NCBI GenBank assembly: GCA_002269645.1
Contig: NIVC01000094.1
Location: 1,054,001-1,118,000, forward strand
Source of the DNA: Macrostomum lignano
Lineage: Eukaryota
DNA length: 64,000 bases
Direction of reading: 5' to 3'
The translations under genes were made by a program, and so were the position numbers. The notes under the pieces are model-generated. The model searched no databases and was not told the origin of the DNA. It worked only from the letters and a program-made list of their open reading frames with translations. Shown here one piece after another: positions 57,696 to 64,000 of the stretch. The first letter of the stretch is position 1. The number at the start of each line of letters is the position of its first letter.

Positions 57696-60600
57696 TGAGT
57701 GTCAGAAATGCCTAGGATAAGAGTCAGGGTAGGATCGACGAGCAAGCGGCAAAACTTTATCGATTTTGCTAATTTTAATTGCGTTCTCTCCCACCTTAAA
57801 ACCTGCTGGCAATGTGTCTGCAGTATCCGCCCGGCAACTATACCGGAACAATTTCTAACCGCCTCTTTGAACCCGTGTACTCGCTGACTAATTCCGACTA
57901 CTTTTGTCACCTCATTCACTTATTCCAATACAACCAATGTGGGCAATTTGCTTCTGAAGGGCCTTCTGAATAGACAAACAGTGAAGAGAGGTGAGCGACT
58001 TGGCTCTCTCTCTCTGGTCCTTCTGGTTAGCTATACGCTTAAAGAAGACACCCGACAACAAAAGCAAGCCGAGAACTCATACAGCCTCTACTAGGCTGCA
58101 ACAATGCATCTACACGTACAAGAAATTTAAATTGATGAGCTGTCATTCAATAAAATGCATAATTTCAAGACGCTATTATAAAAAGTGTAAGCATGGACTT
58201 GTCATGAGGACTACCTCGTCTACCTGGGTGTTGCTACGAGTATATGACAAAAGCAGCCATCAGATTAGTCATTCACTGAATGTACAGAGAACAGTGCATG
58301 GTAGGCGAATCAAACCGACGCCAGCGTGCTACAAAATATTTCCGGGTGCATACATGTACGCGCGGCATAGCATGTGGCATTATGGTATAAAATGATCAAT
58401 CATGTCAATCGCACTTAAAACATGTGTGATGCGTTTATATTCAAGCAAAGCAAAAGTATTTAGGTCGAGATTTTGTATGTACACAGCTATCGTGCACATC
58501 TACTCAAAGATTTATGAAGAATTCTACTGCAAGTAGCCACCAAAAGCCAATATTGTTGACAAAATAGACATATAATAATGAATACAATGTCTGTTATACT
58601 AACTAAAAAATGAAGTAATAATATCGAAGCTAATTTTGCTGAATTTCAATAAATGACTACAGGAGTAAAATTTATTCATCCAAAAACACATAGGATAAAT
58701 AGGGGAAAGATTTAGTTGTCCTTTAGATTGGTCCATGCTTCTCGAATGAATTTCCGTAGGACTGACGTACCTTCCATGGATTAAACACACGATACTACTG
58801 TACTGCGTCCTTGTGTATAATGTATATAATGCATTTACTTGCACGTGTAACCCACGGATTGTAAGATAGCTAAAATTATTCTAGTATCTGTGGTTTAACC
58901 AAAGATGACTTCAATGGATGTTGTTCAAGTGCGAAATTAAATTGTCCCCAGTTCAGAAACAAACAATGTCAATAAAGGGCCGATGATATTGCGAACATCT
59001 AAAGAAACAATCAACTCGCAAAAAGATGCACAAAGCTAAAGCAACAAAAATTTATGCACGAGCACAACCCAAGTTTTCATCCACATTAACAGAGGTCTCG
59101 ACGAGGTTATGATGATCACTTTTTTTCCATTGAGCCTAAACTCTGACTTCTGAGCCTGAAAGAATAACACTTTCCAAAGATGCAATGCTTCCATGAGAAA
59201 ACGTGTCTGGGTCGTTCGCAAATTCTAGGAGGAGCAAAAATTTTAACAATTTTCCGAACATTTACTATTGTTACTGCCATATTTAAAATAATAGGACACT
59301 TTTATCTGTGAATAAAGATAACTTTTGGGTTGAACTTTATCATGCAAAAGTGTTTTTAATCATCTGGCGGTATTAAGCGATAATTAGCGATGAAAAAATT
59401 CAAATTCAATCATTTCACCGATGTTAATTTTTGATACTACAAGATGTCTGTAGCTAAAAAAAGTTGTTGTTGTGTTGAAACCTTGCTATATTACATTTAA
59501 AATGAAAGCTTATATAAATTTAATTTAAGATTTTTTTAAAGCTTAATAAACTGCACTATAAATTATTTTATAGACGCTTAACTGTACGCCTAGCATTTCC
59601 GGTGGGATAGCCTCTTCTCATCTCACAAAATGTATTTTTCAGCTGACGTCTAGAATGTGCGCTTAAAATGATACATTTTGATGCAGATAATTAGAAAAAC
59701 ATGTCTTATTATCTTTTTGTAAAAAATTGTTATGAAATAGAGCACTATTGTTGATAAAAATAATTAAAAGCAACCATGCATCGCAATAAACTCCTACTTT
59801 GAAGCACAAAATAAATATCCTCTAACCACACTAGCATTCTCCATGGAGCACCTTTTGAGCTGAAATTTTACACAGATATCCAGTAAAGTAAACTGAGCAA
59901 ATGATTTTTTTTGTTTTTGAAAATACTTCAATTTGGCTATGTATCAGTTAGTTCATTGGACATATTTATTATATTTTTATTAGAATCCTTGTAACCAAGC
60001 TACAGAGAAACATGTGCAAAACTGGACCTTGAAATTTGACCTGAATGATCAGCAAATGTGTATCTCGAAATGATTTTTTTTTGTTTTCATCAAGTCATTC
60101 TATGCTAATTTTTTCTGAAGGGAAAGATACCATGTATTTAGAGTCAATAGGGGAAGCATTTAGACTTATTCAATAGTCATTAAAATTGCAACTATATTAT
60201 TATAATACAGTAATAATATTATACATGTATTATATAGTAATATTAACTTCTAAGATGCCCTTATAAATTTAAGTAAAGACAACAGGCCTTAATTAATTAA
60301 TCAGCATTTTGAAGAAACTGACCTTATACAGATGGGCCCCAAGCTAAGAAATGAATGTAGAGCTTATTTCGTGTAAGGTATAAAAATCAATTTATTATAA
60401 TATTAAATACTCCTAATAAATTGGTTAAATTAGTTATTTACCTTGAATTAATTTAATTTAATAATTAAATATATAAATTTGTTTCACTTCTTACTGCATT
60501 TAAATAGAGTACCTCTCTACTATACTATAGAAGTATAGTAAAAGTATATGGTAAAAAAGTATAGTAAAAAATTTTCTTTGGTTTAATCCCAGCTTGCCTC

Positions 60601-63600
60601 AGTTTTTTAGTCTTAATACGAGCTAGATAGTAAGTGTTGATTAATTTGCTCCATCACCTTTTGCCACGGAAACAGCACATGTCGGACATGCAACACTCTT
60701 CCTGATCCCTGGATCCAAGATGACTGCTTCTGCTTCTTCAATGCTTGAAAACTGAGCTCATGGAGCTTTAGGTTATGCTGTCAGAGTGCTGCTGCCGGTG
60801 CTGTGTGTGTATGTGTGTGTCTTCTGCGGGTAGGTTCCCTGTCCCTCAGTTTAGCCACTGTTGTGGGCTAACTGGAGGAATTGCCGTTGTCGGTGCTGCA
60901 GGTGGCACTGCATGGTAGTATTGACGCTGTCAGTGACGCTGGCAAAGGCTTGGACGAAGCTAGGTGCCGTCATTGTCAGGAGGACATGCGTGTGCTGCTT
61001 AGACCAGTGCGCACATTCGACTGGACTCGTATCTGGTGCAGTCTGGTGTATTCACTGAGATTGTGTGGATCTGCCTCCTCGCATCATCTCAACCAGGCTC
61101 AATTTCTTTTGTAGAATTTTCGTGCGCTGCTTAACTGCATCTTGTGCCTGCTGAGTGATGCCAAGAATTGTGCCACACAATAATTTGGCCCATAAACTAC
61201 TCGTATATTATACATATGTATGCACAGCACACACACACGCAGTTCATTCATATTAAATGTACTAGTTTATTGAATTCTCATCTCATGAGCTCTAGTCTAT
61301 GGACAAACCTGAAATTACTAGAATATCTAGATAGATCTAAACTTATTTGAGCAGCGCGCTGCGCTGCGAGCAAATACATGTAGATTCCTTAGCGCAACTA
61401 ATTAATAGTGTAGTACAGTCTACAGCCTGAAGTAGCCTGTGTAAGATGCGGAGGGATGATTTTTGCATAGGAAGCCACTACGGTAAGGTTGATGGAACTA
61501 TGGGGAGGTGAGAGATTCAAAGCGAGGGACGGAAGCCATGCATAGTTCGATCATAAGTTTGATTACTGCATGAGTCTGGGGATGCATTAACGAGAGGCGG
61601 ACGAGAGCATAGAAATAAAGCGGGCTAAATATATTAATACACAAAATTACATGTACTAGCTTGTAATTTCAGAATGGTCAGCGACTCCTCCGATTTGTAT
61701 CCGCGACCGCGTGCCCACAAATCCCCTGGCAGACCCTGTCGCAGTTGGTGGTTGTGCACAGAATAAATGTTAATTTTCGAGCTTCTCTGCAAAAAATGCG
61801 TGATGCACTCAAGATGCGTGCTAAAGTCTACTTCTTTGATTGATGGCTGGGTTTTGCCTTTTCGCTTGTGATCATCAAAAGCTTGGGCGTCATTGCTACT
61901 GGTGTTTCAGTGTGCGCATTATGTCTGGTTATCATATTATGTGCATGTGCAGTGTCTTTTACCTACATTTTTGTTTGTCTCTGTTTCCTGCATGCTCTTT
62001 CGCATTTTTACACCTCGCACATCCTCATTTTTCTCAATTAACAAGTGAAATCTTTTCTTAAAGACTAATTGCTATTTCAGTTAAGCTAGTAGGTTTTTGG
62101 TAATTAAATAATTCAATTTTGTCTATTTTCCAAAAAGTTTCAAAAAATGAATTAATAAAAATAAATTTGAATTATTTTAAGTTAATTGGAGTAAAATGTC
62201 TAATAAGTAACCATAATTTTTTATTTTAAGTACATGTAGCTTTGGTATAAGTATTAATGTAATGAGTACTTAAAGTAAAATCAAGCAAGTTATAGTTTTC
62301 AGAAATTATGCTACAAATAATCAAATATATACTAGTATCCGAATTCCTTTATTAAGGAACATGCAGTCGATATTAAATCCACAATTTGCTTTTTGGTTTT
62401 CAAGGATAGTTCCCTGACTTTTTCTATTATTAGTTAGATTTTATTATATTTAATGTAAAAATGAACAATTCTATTCAAGGTAAAAATGAACATTCTTTAT
62501 TTGTCGAATCATCTTGCCTTTGAAAAGATACATAGTGAAAACTTGATTTTTAATTCAACCTTTCAAGACTTATTTAGACTTCTTAATTCAGTGATTAGTT
62601 AAACTGATCGAAGTTCTTTCGAGTGCATGCTATAATAATTTCGCACTTTTTCGCACACGATAATTTTAAATGTCTGGGATTTAGAGCAGAGTAACAAAAT
62701 GCTGTGCTCAAAAACATTTCCTTTGTCAATTTCTTGTTCTTTTATTTTTGCAAAAGAAATTTAACTGCATATTTAAAATAAAAATGGAAGAACATTTTAT
62801 TTTCTGTTTAATATTTTTGTCGTTTATTTTCCGCAACAAAGAATAACAAATAGCCTTGATTTCTTCTCAATTTCAAGTTTTCTTGTGGTTTTAGTAGCAG
62901 CTTCTTACAGAAATTGTCGAAAGAATTTTTTTTGTACGATTATTGGTCGATGTATAAACTTTTTTTGCAATAACAAAAAGTTGTGACCTAGCTTTGAGAA
63001 CGACCCGTCTGTTCAGGCGAAGGCTTTTGAATTCGTTCAATTATACATTGGTTTTTCTTTGCTTACATTGTTGTTTAAATTTTTAATTTTCTTGGAAATC
63101 CCTCTATACCAACGCCACGTCCAGAATGTCTTATGCTTAAATGCTTATAAGCTTATCTGTGTTTTAAATTGTCAATGAAGTTTAAATTAAACTCTATGTA
63201 TTGATTTTGCTAAGCCGTATTAGTTAAACGATATTTTGTTCTTATTAACCTAATTAGTCAATTTTTAAAGTTAGCAATATAATAAGTAGCCATCAGTCGC
63301 AGAGAGTTTCAGTATTGACTCTGGTACAAATCATTAGAGTCAAAGAATGTATTATGCAGCGCTGTGCTAAGCCCCTCTCTATAAAACATTATAATCACAA
63401 AAATTTACAATTCATATTCCCATTCACATTTTCTACCAAAAAAAATTGTTGCTAAGATTTTCAAATAAGAAATTGCAACTTTTTGCATGCTTTTTAATTT
63501 TTTTTAGCATTTTAACAATAATAAACTAAATAAATCATACTTTTGTTGCCATTTTTCTTATATTTTTTCTATGCATTGCCATTATATTTTATAATAATAA

Positions 63601-64000
63601 AGCTTATCAATGTATCATGTTATAACAAAATTTCAAATTAGGGCCTAAAATTAAGTTAACAAATAAAGCTTGATCTATGTCATGCATTAAACAAGTATTG
63701 CACTTTTAACTCTTATCTAGGCAATGGTACAACCAGGGGGGTGGGGAGGTCAGTCACCCCCCCTACCCCTTAGGCAGAGACCCAAGTGCAATAGAAAGTT
63801 ACAAAAGATTGGGAAAGAAGTGAATCAAAGTAATCCATGCTCACATGCAAGCAAAAAAGTTCACAATTTTAATTCATTATTAAAGTTTATTAGTAAGAAG
63901 TTGTTACATTTGCATGATCATCTTTATAAACAAAGAGAATAATTATTAGGTGCATTAATAAATTTCCACAGTAATAGAAATTTTTGGCATGAGTATTTAA

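Noticed and set aside
45468-57919. Very long ORFs (857, 858, 846, 397, 389, 369, 1059, 1125, 1046 aa)
   Set aside because: All are translations of stop-free tandem repeats, open in several frames at once, with no unique coding sequence or splice context.
57820-57975. Possible plus-strand terminal exon (YPPGNYTGTISNRLFEPVYSLTNSDYFCHL...)
   Set aside because: No partner exon or family match found; too short to separate from chance.

Overview
Eukaryotic (metazoan) genomic DNA. GC-rich exons separated by introns filled with minisatellites point to a free-living flatworm such as Macrostomum; this is inferred from sequence style only. Bases 1-26,200 are gene-dense. On + there is the 3' end of a BEN-domain-like gene. 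On - there is a head-to-tail run: CIR1 > METTL4 > SMIM8 > a MALT1-type paracaspase > COA7 > unassigned exons. A decayed 4.4-kb Ty3/Gypsy LTR element sits inside a minisatellite between the paracaspase and COA7. Bases 27,000-64,000 are mostly non-coding, with many micro/minisatellites, MITE-like remnants and one intronless 533-aa orphan gene. Two main discoveries: (1) a hand-spliced 7-exon, ~832-aa paracaspase with architecture death domain-Ig-caspase-caspase, where both protease domains keep the His-Cys dyad, i.e. a possible single-chain paracaspase dimer; (2) three conserved genes in the cluster (METTL4, SMIM8, COA7) have no in-frame ATG and begin in phase 0 at a 3' splice site, as expected if the AUG ending a flatworm spliced leader supplies the start codon in an operon-like unit. 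All gene models and homologies were worked out by eye from remembered family motifs; no searches were run.
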